A stretch of DNA of 64,000 nucleotides from Sulfolobales archaeon. Its GTDB lineage: Archaea > Thermoproteota > Thermoprotei_A > Sulfolobales > NBVN01. The notes beneath the pieces are model-generated. The model was not told the origin of the DNA. It ran no database searches and worked only from the letters and a program-made list of their open reading frames with translations. The stretch covers positions 64,001 through 128,000 of the forward strand of contig JAWBTQ010000001.1 in assembly GCA_038841535.1 (NCBI GenBank), given 5' to 3'. This document shows, in pieces, positions 39,497 through 50,107 of the stretch (its first letter is position 1; each line of letters begins with the position of its first letter). Position numbers and translations under genes: made by a program.

Positions 39497-39670
39497 CCTT
39501 CTAAACCTCCTCACGAGGTTTTAACCCACGTACTCACTTCAGGAAGAAATGCCGCAATCGTAAAGCGTAGTCAAGTAAAATGGCTTGTCTTTATTGATGA
39601 TTTCGGTATTTGGTGGTCTTTATTTACACGCATGTACTTCTTATCTCTTGGTATTTAGTCCTTACTCGAG

Positions 39671-40768
39671 GTGGTGCGCGTGCCACGTGTGAGAGAAGCT
39701 ATAGAGATACCCTACTGGAAGTTGAAACCTGGACCCAGGAATTCCATTGTGGATGTTGAAGGTGTTCGCGTTGGTCACGAGACCTTAATCGAGGGCAAGG
39801 GCTCCTTAATCCCTGGGAGAGGACCTGTTAGAACGGGAGTTACTGTGCTCATACCCCACGATGGTAACTTGTACAAGGAGAAAGTGGTTGCTGCTGCCCA
39901 CGTAATTAATGGCTTCACTAAGGCCGTTGGTTTAATACAAGTAGAGGAGCTCGGTGTCATTGAAACCCCTATTGCTCTCACTAATACTTTGAACGTAGGG
40001 TTAGTAGCGGATGGTCTCATAGAGTACTCGATCCGGTCTAACCCCGAAATTGGGGTTATAGCTCCAACAGTTAATCCAGTAGTTCTAGAATGCAACGACG
40101 GGTACTTAAACGATATCCAAGGGAGGCACGTAAAGCAGCATCACGTACTTGAGGCTGTAAAGAATGCTAGTAGAGACCTTATAGAGGGAGCCGTTGGTGC
40201 TGGAACTGGAACGGTAGCCTTCGGGTTTAAGGGAGGTATTGGCGCATCTTCTCGTGTAGTAACGACCTCTTTGGGAACTTACGTTCTAGGAGTGCTTGTT
40301 CAGACTAACTTCGGTAGGATGGAGGACTTAACTATAGGAGGCGTTCCGGTAGGTAAATACCTGAGAGGCTCGGGCCCCGCTAGGTTCCCCGGCTCTGTCA
40401 ACATAATTGTAGCTACTGATGCTCCCCTCACTTATAGGCAACTGAAGAGAATTGCGAAAAGAGTTCAATCAGGGTTAGCTAGAGTAGGTGGATACGTCTA
40501 TCATGGTAGTGGAGAAGTTGTGGTAGCTTTCACTACTGCTCATAGAATTAAGCATGGAATTAAGGAGGTTGTAGACCTTAGGTCACTACCCGATGAAGAA
40601 CTCAACGAGTTCTTTAGGGGGGTTATAGAGGCCACCGAAGAAGCGGTGTTGAACTCCATGTTTAACTCTATTACGATGGATGGAAGAGACCATCACGTAG
40701 TCCATCAGATACCAGTCGAGAAAGTGGTAGAGCTGGTTGGAAACTATAGAGTACGCAACTCTACGTAG
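39671..40768 (+). CDS. DmpA/S58 L-aminopeptidase/D-esterase
   Basis: NSIVDVEGVRVGH, RTGVT, ECNDG, GFKGGIG, GS autoprocessing site, EATEEA. Confidence 0.93.
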   Translation: MVRVPRVREAIEIPYWKLKPGPRNSIVDVEGVRVGHETLIEGKGSLIPGRGPVRTGVTVLIPHDGNLYKEKVVAAAHVINGFTKAVGLIQVEELGVIETPIALTNTLNVGLVADGLIEYSIRSNPEIGVIAPTVNPVVLECNDGYLNDIQGRHVKQHHVLEAVKNASRDLIEGAVGAGTGTVAFGFKGGIGASSRVVTTSLGTYVLGVLVQTNFGRMEDLTIGGVPVGKYLRGSGPARFPGSVNIIVATDAPLTYRQLKRIAKRVQSGLARVGGYVYHGSGEVVVAFTTAHRIKHGIKEVVDLRSLPDEELNEFFRGVIEATEEAVLNSMFNSITMDGRDHHVVHQIPVEKVVELVGNYRVRNST

Positions 40769-40885
40769 AGATATGCGGCTCCTCAATTGATGCTATTTAC
40801 GTACTCCACTCTACTTGGAGTCGTTTTCTCCTAAGTTTTCGGGAAGGTTACAAACTTAAAAATCTTTATAGTCGCTGGAGTCTGC

Positions 40886-41530
40886 GTATCCGAGAAACTT
40901 TTGAGGCATAAGGAGGTTTGCGAAAAGCCCGGCGTTAGCTAACTTATATTGCAGAGATGGGTTGGGGTAGGCTGTATCTAGGCTATTGGAGCTATTGTTG
41001 GCAAGTGGGTGTTCCCAAGAGAGAGTTAGATGAATGCGTGAGGCACACACGAAAAAATTAGAGCCATGGTCTACGCTAGAGTCTCGCCTCGCGACCAAAG
41101 TGGGACCTGGAGAGGCAGATCAAGAACCTCCCAAAGCATTACGCCTCCTAGGATTATGGAGTAGTTGAGACGCAACTGACGTAGTGTCCAGACTGAAGAC
41201 AGACGAAAAAGTTTGAGGAAGTTGCTTGAGCTAGTAGTATCTAAGCAAGTTGATGACATAGTTAGAACCTGCTAAAATGGTTTCACGAGATTCAGCTTCA
41301 GTTAACTGGAATACTTCTCTAGTCAGTAAGGAGCTACAATAGAAGTTATCTTCAGAGGAATACGGAGAAACGCCTGCTAAGAGCTTGTAGAAGACCTAGT
41401 AGAGGTAGTAACGTCTTTTGCTGAAAACTATACAGATCGAGGTGCCATAGAAAGAGGAAGCAAGTAAAGGGGTTTAAGAAGTTAGACAGAAAAAAGGTGG
41501 TAACTAAAACAATAGCTGTTAAATTAGAGT
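40886..41530 (+). mobile_element. IS607-family remnant: serine-resolvase tnpA pseudogene plus the first codons of tnpB
   Basis: Interrupted frames give EKLLRHKEVCEK (MerR-like HTH), VYARVS..DQ..DLERQ, LRKLLELV, TRFSF, ELVEDLVEVVTSFA, then VVTKTIAVKL at 41497. Confidence 0.85.
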
Positions 41531-41562
41531 GGGTCAGCTAGTGTCTGGGTACGCAGATCCCG

Positions 41563-42519
41563 GTGGTGCTTTTGAGAGAGGTAAGCTATAGTGAGTACCT
41601 CGAGTTCGCTTCAAGGCATGGTTCTGTAGTTATAGAGAGCCAGGAGTTTAAGCTTGAGCCACTAAGAATTGAGAGATTTGCGCCACTACCAGAGGAGTTA
41701 ACGGATATTTCTACAACCGTTTGGAGCTTTCCCAAGAGAGGGTCATGGGCTACGCACAGGGGCGACTACAGGGGTAATTGGCCTCCTCAGATGGCCAGAG
41801 CCTTAGTCTCTATGTATACTGGGCCCGGTGAGGTAGTGTTAGACCCCATGGTCGGCTCTGGGACGACATGCATTGAATCTAGATTACTTAGGAGGAACTG
41901 TGTAGGAGTTGATATTAACTACAATGCCGTAATCTTAACTCTTCATAGGCTTTACTGGCTGGAGGAGTCTGCTAGGAAGTGGAGTGGCTTAGTAAAGCCT
42001 GAGGAGGTAAATAACTTGCTGAGTACGTGGAGCAAGATATACCATGGAGACGCTAAGAGGCTGTCCCTAATTAGAGATGCCTCGATAGACTTTGTAGCAA
42101 CGCACCCACCCTACTGGAACATTATCGAATACAGCTCTAGTGGTGAAAGTGAGGGGGATCTCTCGAGAGCTAAGACCCTTGAGGAGTATTTGAAGCTAAT
42201 GAAGGAGGTTGCTGGGGAGCTGTACAGAGTGCTGAAACCGGGGAAGTATCTAAGTATTCTAATTGGTGATACTAGGATCCATAAGCACTACGTACCCGTA
42301 TCATACTATATACTTCAAGTTTTCCTGAAGACCGGTTTCATACTTAAGGAAGAAGTAATTAAGGTGCAGCACAAGATGAAGACAACAAGAGAAGTTTGGA
42401 GCAAGTTTAGGGAAGGAGGTTTCTTACTGATATACCACGAGAAACTATACATTTTCAGAAAGCCTGTAGACGCTAGTGACTTAAGTAAACACAAATACAG
42501 TGGGAAAACCGTGATTTAA
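41563..42519 (+). CDS. Amino (N4-C/N6-A)-type DNA methyltransferase, apparently orphan
   Basis: DPMVGSGTT SAM motif, THPPY catalytic variant, RVLKPG. Confidence 0.85.
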   Translation: MVLLREVSYSEYLEFASRHGSVVIESQEFKLEPLRIERFAPLPEELTDISTTVWSFPKRGSWATHRGDYRGNWPPQMARALVSMYTGPGEVVLDPMVGSGTTCIESRLLRRNCVGVDINYNAVILTLHRLYWLEESARKWSGLVKPEEVNNLLSTWSKIYHGDAKRLSLIRDASIDFVATHPPYWNIIEYSSSGESEGDLSRAKTLEEYLKLMKEVAGELYRVLKPGKYLSILIGDTRIHKHYVPVSYYILQVFLKTGFILKEEVIKVQHKMKTTREVWSKFREGGFLLIYHEKLYIFRKPVDASDLSKHKYSGKTVI

Positions 42520-42725
42520 TTAAACCTGGGAACAGGACCCCGACCTAAAGAGATTTCGCTCCCTTAGTCGCTTGCTCATACAGTGACTTCTGAAACTACG
42601 AGTAAAGCCGAGGTTGAGGAGCGAACTAAACCTAGGTAACAGATTACGACGCTCAAACTTGGCACGACAGGGACGCACACTGCCCACACCGAGAAATCGC
42701 TTTTAAGACGGTAAAACACGAGAAC

Positions 42726-43280
42726 TTGATGCGTGTGCTGATACTGTCGGATTCCCATGTACCTGAGAGAGCTGCTTGGATTCCTAAGCCTATTGAGGAA
42801 TACATACTAAGCGAAAATTTCGATGTCGTAGTACACGCGGGCGACGTTATCAATGAGGGATTAATAAGGTTTATTAAAGAGAACGTGGTTAAAGATGTTT
42901 ATACCGTTAGAGGCAACATGGACTACCTTAAGCTCCCCCGATATGTGAAAATTTCATTAGAAGGGGTGGAACTAGGAGTAACTCATGGTGATAGAGTATA
43001 TCCTAGGGGTAATATAGCTATACTAACTAGGTTTGCCCATACTCTTGGAGTGAGAGTACTCGTGTCTGGGCACACGCACATGTCGTTTCTAGTACACGAT
43101 AAGAGTGGGGTCCTCCACATTAATCCGGGAAGCGTAACGGGTGTTTGGGGTGGAGGTGGTGGAAGCGGGATCCCTTCTTTTGCTGAGCTCACCGCAAGCT
43201 CAAGAACCATCACAGTGGCTGTCTACGAATTAGTGGGTAACTCTATTATAAAGAAATCTATACACTCCCACACTTTCTAG
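42726..43280 (+). CDS. YfcE/Vps29-family phosphoesterase
   Basis: SDSH, HAGD, RGNMD, THG, SGHTH, NPGS. Confidence 0.92.
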   Translation: MMRVLILSDSHVPERAAWIPKPIEEYILSENFDVVVHAGDVINEGLIRFIKENVVKDVYTVRGNMDYLKLPRYVKISLEGVELGVTHGDRVYPRGNIAILTRFAHTLGVRVLVSGHTHMSFLVHDKSGVLHINPGSVTGVWGGGGGSGIPSFAELTASSRTITVAVYELVGNSIIKKSIHSHTF

Positions 43281-43475
43281 TGCTAAGAAACTTAAGATTT
43301 AGAGAAGGTGTTTAGTAGCAACTGGAGCTACGGACTTAACATTAAATTAAGAGAATGGGGACTCAGAGAAGGAGCTGCTAGAAGCTTGTGGTCGAAGTAA
43401 TAGCTTAGTCAACGAGGAAACTCTTAAAATAGAACATGGAGCTAAAGGTAGCTTAGAGTAGACCTTGCTCTGTAT

Positions 43476-43976
43476 CTAGCCACCAGGTGCTCCGTGCCAT
43501 GGGACATCTTTCCAGACTTGAGTCCAGAATTCTTCTTCAGTGAAAACCTCCTTTCTAGCGATGTTTTTCTCTATGCTCGAGAGCACGCTGTGGTGAGTTA
43601 CCTCGTCTGCGTGTATAGCAGACACTATGATCATTACTCTAGGATCTGTCACCAAGTTCAGTAATCTTTTAGTTTCCTCAATCATTATGAGCTCGGTGCG
43701 TATGTGATTTGAGATCTTACTAGCTATCTCCCTAACATCATCTGCCGTTAGGAGTGGCTGTATTTCAGTTAGTAATTCAACAATAGCTTTATACATCTGA
43801 CTATGCTTAACGGAGTCTCCCGCTATAGCCCCGATGAGTGCTTTCAGAACTGGGTGCCTCAGCTCTTCGGATAGTGCTTTCAGCTCTGAAGCGTATTTTA
43901 GCTCTAAATCAGCTAGTCCCTGAAAGTGCTTTACTAGCCCCTCACTACTTGGTTCAACCATATCTATCTCCACCAA
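43476..43976 (-). CDS. Ferritin-like di-iron helical protein
   Basis: Paired E..DSVKH and E..DEVTH motifs, C-terminal WHGAPGG. Confidence 0.8.
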   Translation of the reverse strand: MVEIDMVEPSSEGLVKHFQGLADLELKYASELKALSEELRHPVLKALIGAIAGDSVKHSQMYKAIVELLTEIQPLLTADDVREIASKISNHIRTELIMIEETKRLLNLVTDPRVMIIVSAIHADEVTHHSVLSSIEKNIARKEVFTEEEFWTQVWKDVPWHGAPGG

Positions 43977-44147
43977 CTAAACTATGCTACCAATGTAAAT
44001 AAATAGCGGATTTTAGTTAAACAGAACCCATTTAACTCTTAGGATGTTCGAAACGTTTTCATCTCGACAGTGATCTCGATAGATTACCGACATACGTTTA
44101 GAAGCTCTTTTAGCCTACTTCTTAATTACCTTGGGCTGGTGATGTAG

Positions 44148-45182
44148 TTGAGTGAGATTGCTATAGTCACTGGCTTAGTGCTTTCAGCATGTATAGCGTG
44201 GTCTATAGGAGCTAACGACATGGCTAACTCAACTAGCATAGCTGTTGGCTCCGGTGTTCTGAGAATTAGAACTGCTATGCTAGTTTTCGCATCTATGCTG
44301 ACTTTAGGATCAGTTCTCCAGGGCTTCATGGTGATGAAGACTTTAGGACGGGGGGTCGTGTCGGATATGGACATATACTGCGCGATCTCGTCGTCTCTAG
44401 CTGCGTTTACTTGGATAATGGTTGCGACATCTCTTGGTTTACCCATTTCAACGTCTCACAGCATCACAGGTGCTGTCGTTGGGGTAGCTCTAAGTCGCCT
44501 CCTCTTAGGGGGGAGTAGTTCAATAAACCTTCACATACTTAACACTATAATTTTAAGCTGGATTACCTCCCCACTGGCTGCAGCGGCTCTAGCTGTTCCA
44601 TCGTATCTAGTCGTAGAGAAATTGTTTAAGAGGTCGGTATCTATAGGAGATAGTATAGCTAGATCCATTGTAATCGTTTTAACAGCGTTTTCTGCGTACT
44701 CCTTTGGAGCTAATGACGTAGCGAACGCAACCGGGGTCTATGTTGGAGCCATCTCTAAGTACTTTGGTACACCTGATCTCTACACTATGAGACTTCTATC
44801 ACTTTTTTCTTCCATAATTATGGCTTTCGGTGGTATAATAATGGGTAAGAGAGTCTTAGTTACTTTAGCATATAGAATTACTAGGCTAGACACCCTAATG
44901 GCTATAGCAGCAGGATTCGCAAACGCCTTTACTGTCTGGTTCTTCACTACTATCCCGTACCTGCTCCTCGGCTACGGGCTACCCATATCTACGACTTACG
45001 CAGCTGCTGGAGCTATTATGGGTGCCTCAATTGCGAAAAATAGAGGGTTTAAAGGTGTTAGAGTCCGCCAAGTGGTCGTAATAGTGATCGCCTGGGTTTT
45101 AACGTTGCCCGTAACTGCTGCTCTTGGCTTAAGCATATATTACCTTTTAAACTACTTATCACTACGACTCCTAGTGATGTGA
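44148..45182 (+). CDS. pitA: PiT-family inorganic phosphate transporter
   Basis: GANDMAN and GANDVAN, PISTS/PISTT repeats. Confidence 0.93.
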   Translation: MSEIAIVTGLVLSACIAWSIGANDMANSTSIAVGSGVLRIRTAMLVFASMLTLGSVLQGFMVMKTLGRGVVSDMDIYCAISSSLAAFTWIMVATSLGLPISTSHSITGAVVGVALSRLLLGGSSSINLHILNTIILSWITSPLAAAALAVPSYLVVEKLFKRSVSIGDSIARSIVIVLTAFSAYSFGANDVANATGVYVGAISKYFGTPDLYTMRLLSLFSSIIMAFGGIIMGKRVLVTLAYRITRLDTLMAIAAGFANAFTVWFFTTIPYLLLGYGLPISTTYAAAGAIMGASIAKNRGFKGVRVRQVVVIVIAWVLTLPVTAALGLSIYYLLNYLSLRLLVM

Positions 45183-45183
45183 T

Positions 45184-45846
45184 ATGTCCTTCTGGGTTTG
45201 GATGTCGGGTAGGAGGAGAAGGGACCTACTTAAGTTTTTCATTGTCCACGTAGCGGAAGTTGAGAAAGTAGTCGAGAAATCTAAGAACGTGATTAACGAG
45301 CTAGTTAAAGGAAATGCTGACTTAGTGGCTGTATTCTGGGGAGAGGTATTCGAGTCGGAGAGAAAGGCAGACGACATTAAGAGGAAGCTTTTAGCTGAAC
45401 TAGCTAGTGAGACCTTCCACCCGATAGATAGAGAAGAGATCGTGAGATTGGTTCTCACAACAGATGACATAGCAGCTTACGCTAAAGCCTGGAGTCGCAG
45501 AGCCATGCTGTACCTACCGGACCGATTACCCCAAAATATAGGTGACGCCTTATCGACGATGGCGTCAAAAGTCCATGAAGCCGTTAAGTACATCAAGCAG
45601 GCAGTTGAAGTCCTCTCCGAAAATCCGAGGAGCACGCTGGATTTGGCTAATAAGGTAGAGTCTCTAGAGGAGGAAGTAGACGACATCAGACACGAAGTAT
45701 TCAGGGAGGTTCTGAAGTTCTGCGATAGTAGCCGGAGCTCTAAGTGCATGCTGACGAAAGAGATCATGGACTCGATAGAGAATGCCGCAGATCGTTGCGA
45801 GGACGTAGCAGACGTTCTAAGAAGTATCGCCCTTCTATCTATTTAG
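45184..45846 (+). CDS. DUF47 PhoU-like phosphate transport regulator
   Basis: ERKADDIK, PIDRE, LEEEVD, ADRCED, adjacent to PiT. Confidence 0.92.
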   Translation: MSFWVWMSGRRRRDLLKFFIVHVAEVEKVVEKSKNVINELVKGNADLVAVFWGEVFESERKADDIKRKLLAELASETFHPIDREEIVRLVLTTDDIAAYAKAWSRRAMLYLPDRLPQNIGDALSTMASKVHEAVKYIKQAVEVLSENPRSTLDLANKVESLEEEVDDIRHEVFREVLKFCDSSRSSKCMLTKEIMDSIENAADRCEDVADVLRSIALLSI

Positions 45847-45961
45847 CCCCCAGTCTTGCTAGGCGAAATGCTTTCAGACCTCAAAGCTCTTGGAGTTTCA
45901 CTTAGGTAGCTACAGATATTCGCACCTATCAAGGAGACTGTGTAGTGTGGAAGTGAAATTC

Positions 45962-47923
45962 CTAGATCACTAGCGCAAGAGAGTCTAGTACTCTTGGCAC
46001 CAGTATCTCTACGTTTGGTGGTAATCCTACTTCCTTAGTCTTCTTAAACAGCGTGATCTTCAAGCTCTCTAGAGCTGTAGGCTCTCCGTGGTTTATGATT
46101 ATTCTCCTAGGCTTGGTCTCCACGTCCCTTAGGTATTTCAGGATTTGCGTTCTATCTGAGTGCCCTGAGAAGCCTTCAATAGCGTGTACTTCTAATGCGA
46201 CTTTAACTAACTCTATCTTATCACCTACTAAGATATGGGCCTCTTTAGCGCCGTCTCGTATTTTCCTTCCTAGAGTTCCCTCTACTTGGTAGTTAACGAA
46301 TACAAGAGAGTTATTCGGGTTTTCAGCCATAAGTCTAAAGTACTCGACAGCCGGGCCTCCATTAAGCATTCCAGAGGTTGCCAGTATTACACACGGATCT
46401 CTAGATTCGACTATCTCTGATCTCGCTACACCACCACCAACTACTTCAAATGTGTTGTACATAAACGGGTTTTCAGAGCTATATATTCTGTCTCTCAATT
46501 CTTTAGAGAGAAGTTCCGGGTACGCCGTATGTATTGCTGTAACCTCGTTTATCATCCCGTCTATATACACCGGGACCTCCGGCAACTTACCAGCCCTCAT
46601 GGCGTCAGCTATTATCAATAAGACTTCCTGAGACCTGCCGACAGCGAGAGATGGTATAAGTACCTTTCCACTTCTCTCCATAGTTCTCTTTATTATCTCC
46701 ACTAACTTCTCAGCAGATTCCTCTCGACTTGGCTGGTCAGAGCTACCGTAAGTACCTTCAATTATTAAGGTGTCCACTCTCGGGAACTTATTGTTTGCTT
46801 TATCAAGTAACCTAGTCTTATCGTACTTGAAGTCTCCGGTGTAAACTATATTGTGTAGTCCATTACCTATGTGTAGGTGGGCTATAGCTGACCCAAGAAT
46901 GTGTCCCGCGTTATAGAGTGTAAGTCTGACGTCTGGTGCGATGTCTGTGACCTCACCATACTTTAGTGATATTGTGTGTAGTAGTGCGTCTTGAACGTGG
47001 CGTGACTCGAAGGGCAGACTCCTTCCCTCCCTCTTCGTTAGCTCTAGTAGGTCCTTTTCGAGAAGCACCATGAGGTCTCTAGTTGCCTGAGTCATGTACA
47101 CTGGACCCTTGTATCCATACTTAAAGAGATACGGTACTAGCCCCACGTGATCTAGGTGGGCATGCGTCACGACGACAGCGTCTATCTCCTCTGGCTTTAT
47201 TCCAATAGCATCTATCCTGGGAACGAAGCTCTTCAGGAGGCTAGTTCCAGGGTTTAGGCCGAAGTCTAGAAGTATCTTCGACTCAGCTGTTTCAACAAGT
47301 ATCGACGACCTACCGACCTCCATAAAGCCTCCGAGAGCAGTTACTCTAACATAGTTATCCTTGAATATAACTTCTCTGTGTATTCTCTCTCCAGCAGCTC
47401 TCAAAAACTCGTGCCTCTCAGCTGATTGCCTAATGACGTAGTTTAGTTCGGACTCAAGTATCAGTGACTTTAGTGGTGGCTTTCTAACTATCCTGGGCCT
47501 CCAGCCGGTCTCTACAAATATTTCTTTAAACAGCTTTCTATCGTTATCTATAAAAGCTTGAGGTTGCGGAGTCTTTATAACGACTTCACCTAACACATCG
47601 TCGAACATTATATCGGATTCGCTCTCGATGTACTGCTTGGCTTTGGATATTATGAGTTTTCTGGCCTCACCCTCCCGACTTCTCCTCGATCCATCGACTC
47701 TAACAACGACTCTCTTCTTTATTGTCTTAGCTAGGCTTCTTACTGCCTCCTCGTTTTCGACTATGAACGAGGCGTTTCTGACGTAAACGACTACTTCAGG
47801 ACCTTCAAACTCTACTTTAGTTACCTGAGCTTCTGGTGGAAGCTTCGTAAATATCTCACTCCTTATGGTCTCACGTATATCGTCTATAAACCTTAAGTCC
47901 TTTACCGTCATAAAGTCTACCAT
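45962..47923 (-). CDS. fttA: aCPSF1/FttA beta-CASP ribonuclease (transcription termination factor)
   Basis: N-terminal KH domains, EVGRS, HAHLDH, AGHILGS, FSGHSD, HGE. Confidence 0.96.
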   Translation of the reverse strand: MVDFMTVKDLRFIDDIRETIRSEIFTKLPPEAQVTKVEFEGPEVVVYVRNASFIVENEEAVRSLAKTIKKRVVVRVDGSRRSREGEARKLIISKAKQYIESESDIMFDDVLGEVVIKTPQPQAFIDNDRKLFKEIFVETGWRPRIVRKPPLKSLILESELNYVIRQSAERHEFLRAAGERIHREVIFKDNYVRVTALGGFMEVGRSSILVETAESKILLDFGLNPGTSLLKSFVPRIDAIGIKPEEIDAVVVTHAHLDHVGLVPYLFKYGYKGPVYMTQATRDLMVLLEKDLLELTKREGRSLPFESRHVQDALLHTISLKYGEVTDIAPDVRLTLYNAGHILGSAIAHLHIGNGLHNIVYTGDFKYDKTRLLDKANNKFPRVDTLIIEGTYGSSDQPSREESAEKLVEIIKRTMERSGKVLIPSLAVGRSQEVLLIIADAMRAGKLPEVPVYIDGMINEVTAIHTAYPELLSKELRDRIYSSENPFMYNTFEVVGGGVARSEIVESRDPCVILATSGMLNGGPAVEYFRLMAENPNNSLVFVNYQVEGTLGRKIRDGAKEAHILVGDKIELVKVALEVHAIEGFSGHSDRTQILKYLRDVETKPRRIIINHGEPTALESLKITLFKKTKEVGLPPNVEILVPRVLDSLALVI

Positions 47924-48513
47924 CCCGCGGAGTAAGACCGCTCTTCGATTCCGTTAGGTCTAACTATAGCTACATCCACAGCTTCACCAGTAAAAACATC
48001 TCTCCTTATAGACGACCTAACAGCTTTTACCGCTAGAGCTACAGCCTCATCGTCGCTCATATCAGCTCTATACTCTGATTCGAGTACTCCTATGGCAACA
48101 GGGGACCCCGACCCAGTGGCTGTGTAAGTTTCCTCGAAGTAGTCACCGAAGAACTCTATGTTGTAAAGCCTCGGTCTGTCATCGTAACCGGCTAGTATGA
48201 ACTGCACTACGAACGGATAGTACTTATAGCTATTGAGTATTATCGAGAGGTAGGACGCCAGAGACTTTATCGGGATCTTGGCCTTATTAGATAAGACGTA
48301 CTCCGCTGCCTTAATTCTCAGTAGCGATGCTAGTACCTGTGTATCAGCTACTAGACCCGCTGTAGTTAGGACAGCGTGGTCGGATATTCTGACTATCTTC
48401 CTTACTAATTTATGAGCTATGTATGTTCCACTACTAGCTCTCCTATCAGCAGCTACTATTGCTGCCGTTTTTGTCACTAGACCCACTGTTGTTGTTCCAT
48501 ACAGAACCTTCAC
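47917..48513 (-). CDS. psmB: Proteasome beta subunit
   Basis: GTTTVG, ADRRAS, ATGSGSP, RRD. Confidence 0.95.
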   Translation of the reverse strand: MKVLYGTTTVGLVTKTAAIVAADRRASSGTYIAHKLVRKIVRISDHAVLTTAGLVADTQVLASLLRIKAAEYVLSNKAKIPIKSLASYLSIILNSYKYYPFVVQFILAGYDDRPRLYNIEFFGDYFEETYTATGSGSPVAIGVLESEYRADMSDDEAVALAVKAVRSSIRRDVFTGEAVDVAIVRPNGIEERSYSAGW

Positions 48514-48585
48514 TTTTAATACACCTTCTGAGCTAGATTCCCAAACTTAAAAGTATTGCCGGCTTATAAGTTTTAGTGAAACTAC

Positions 48586-49641
48586 TTGAAGCACTCGATT
48601 GACCTTTTCAAGAAGGTGGTCATAGGTAACGGAGTTAGTTGGGAGCTTGGAGCGCTGGTCTCGGAGCTGGGAGCTAGAGATAGGCTGGCCATAGTCACCG
48701 GCCCTAACGTTAGGAAGACCATCGCCGAAATGCTAGCTGAGAGAGCCTTAAGCAACTTCGCTGTCGAAATATTTGAAGCACCTTCACCCTCTGTTGAGGT
48801 TGCTGAGAGCGTGGCCGACTTAATTAACTCCTTCAAACCATCCCTAATAATAGCCATCGGTGGTGGTAAGAGCATCGACATCGCAAAGTATGCTTCACGT
48901 AAGACCGGTGTGCACTACGTGAGCGTTCCTACAGTTACCTCGCATGACGGTATAGCTTCACCCTTCGCATCCCTAAGAGGAATGGAGACCGTTTACTCAG
49001 TAAAGACCTCACCCCCTATAGCAGTCGTCGCAGATATAAGAATCATCGCAAAAGCCCCTAAGAGACTGGCTCTCGCTGGTGCTGGAGACCTCGTAGCGAA
49101 GGTGACTGCCGTAAGGGACTGGAGATTAGCTAATAGACTCAAGGGCGAGTATTACGGCGATTACGCAGCATCTCTAGCTCTATTATCTGCTAAGCACGTA
49201 CTCACGTTCGGTAAGACTATAGCAAAGTATACTCCTGCCGGTCTCAGGATACTTGTTGAGGGACTAATAAGCTCGTCGACAGCTATGTGTATAGCTGGGT
49301 CCACTAGGCCCGCAAGTGGCTCTGAGCACTTGTTTAGCCATGCGCTAGATATAGTAGCTAACTACCCAGCGCTTCACGGAGAGCAAGTAGGTCTCGGGAC
49401 TATAATCATGGGCTACATACACGGAATAGACTGGAGGAGGATCAAGAAGACCCTTAGAAAGTTGGGGCTACCTACATCAGCGCGGGAGCTCGGGGTCAAA
49501 GAAGAGCACGTAGTTGAAGCTTTGACAATAGCACATAAGATAAGGCCAGATAGGTACACGATACTGGGAGAAAGCGGTCTAACTAGGGATGCAGCAGAAG
49601 AAGTAGCCCTTAAAACCGGTGTCATAGGGAATGATGGTTAA
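48586..49641 (+). CDS. egsA: sn-glycerol-1-phosphate dehydrogenase
   Basis: GGGKSID, PTVTSHDG, SGSEH, HGEQVG, RPDRYTIL. Confidence 0.95.
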   Translation: MKHSIDLFKKVVIGNGVSWELGALVSELGARDRLAIVTGPNVRKTIAEMLAERALSNFAVEIFEAPSPSVEVAESVADLINSFKPSLIIAIGGGKSIDIAKYASRKTGVHYVSVPTVTSHDGIASPFASLRGMETVYSVKTSPPIAVVADIRIIAKAPKRLALAGAGDLVAKVTAVRDWRLANRLKGEYYGDYAASLALLSAKHVLTFGKTIAKYTPAGLRILVEGLISSSTAMCIAGSTRPASGSEHLFSHALDIVANYPALHGEQVGLGTIIMGYIHGIDWRRIKKTLRKLGLPTSARELGVKEEHVVEALTIAHKIRPDRYTILGESGLTRDAAEEVALKTGVIGNDG

Positions 49642-50071
49642 GACCTTGATAAGTAAATACGTTGCGAAAGAAGGATATAAGTTCCTTTTCTCAGGTCCTA
49701 TGACTGAGTGCCTGAGCTGTCGGTTCAAGTGCGCCTGCGTAGACAACCTTAAGGAGGGTGTGGCATATGAAGTAGTCAAAGTCCACCAAGTAGTCAATAA
49801 GTGTCCAGTGCTGGGGGAAGTCGTTACAGTCGATGTTAAACCAGCTGAATTAGATATAGCTCTAGACCCCAGAGCTGCTATAGAGGGAGCCATAGTAACG
49901 TACCTCCATCGAGATTGTGGTGTGCCCTGTCGGTACAGTGAGCTCTGCAGAAACCCGCTAATAAGGAGTGGAACTAGAGTAAAGGTTATTTCAGTTAGAG
50001 GTAGAGTAACCTGCAGGATTAATAAAAACCTCGTTAAGGCAACTGTAACTATGGGGTTTAGTTCTGCTTAA
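49631..50071 (+). CDS. UPF0179 family protein
   Basis: Cys-rich pattern ECLSC..C, conserved position after egsA. Confidence 0.85.
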   Translation: MMVKTLISKYVAKEGYKFLFSGPMTECLSCRFKCACVDNLKEGVAYEVVKVHQVVNKCPVLGEVVTVDVKPAELDIALDPRAAIEGAIVTYLHRDCGVPCRYSELCRNPLIRSGTRVKVISVRGRVTCRINKNLVKATVTMGFSSA

Positions 50072-50107
50072 ATATAGGTGTCTCTCTATTAGAGGTTGGT
50101 GTGCTGA

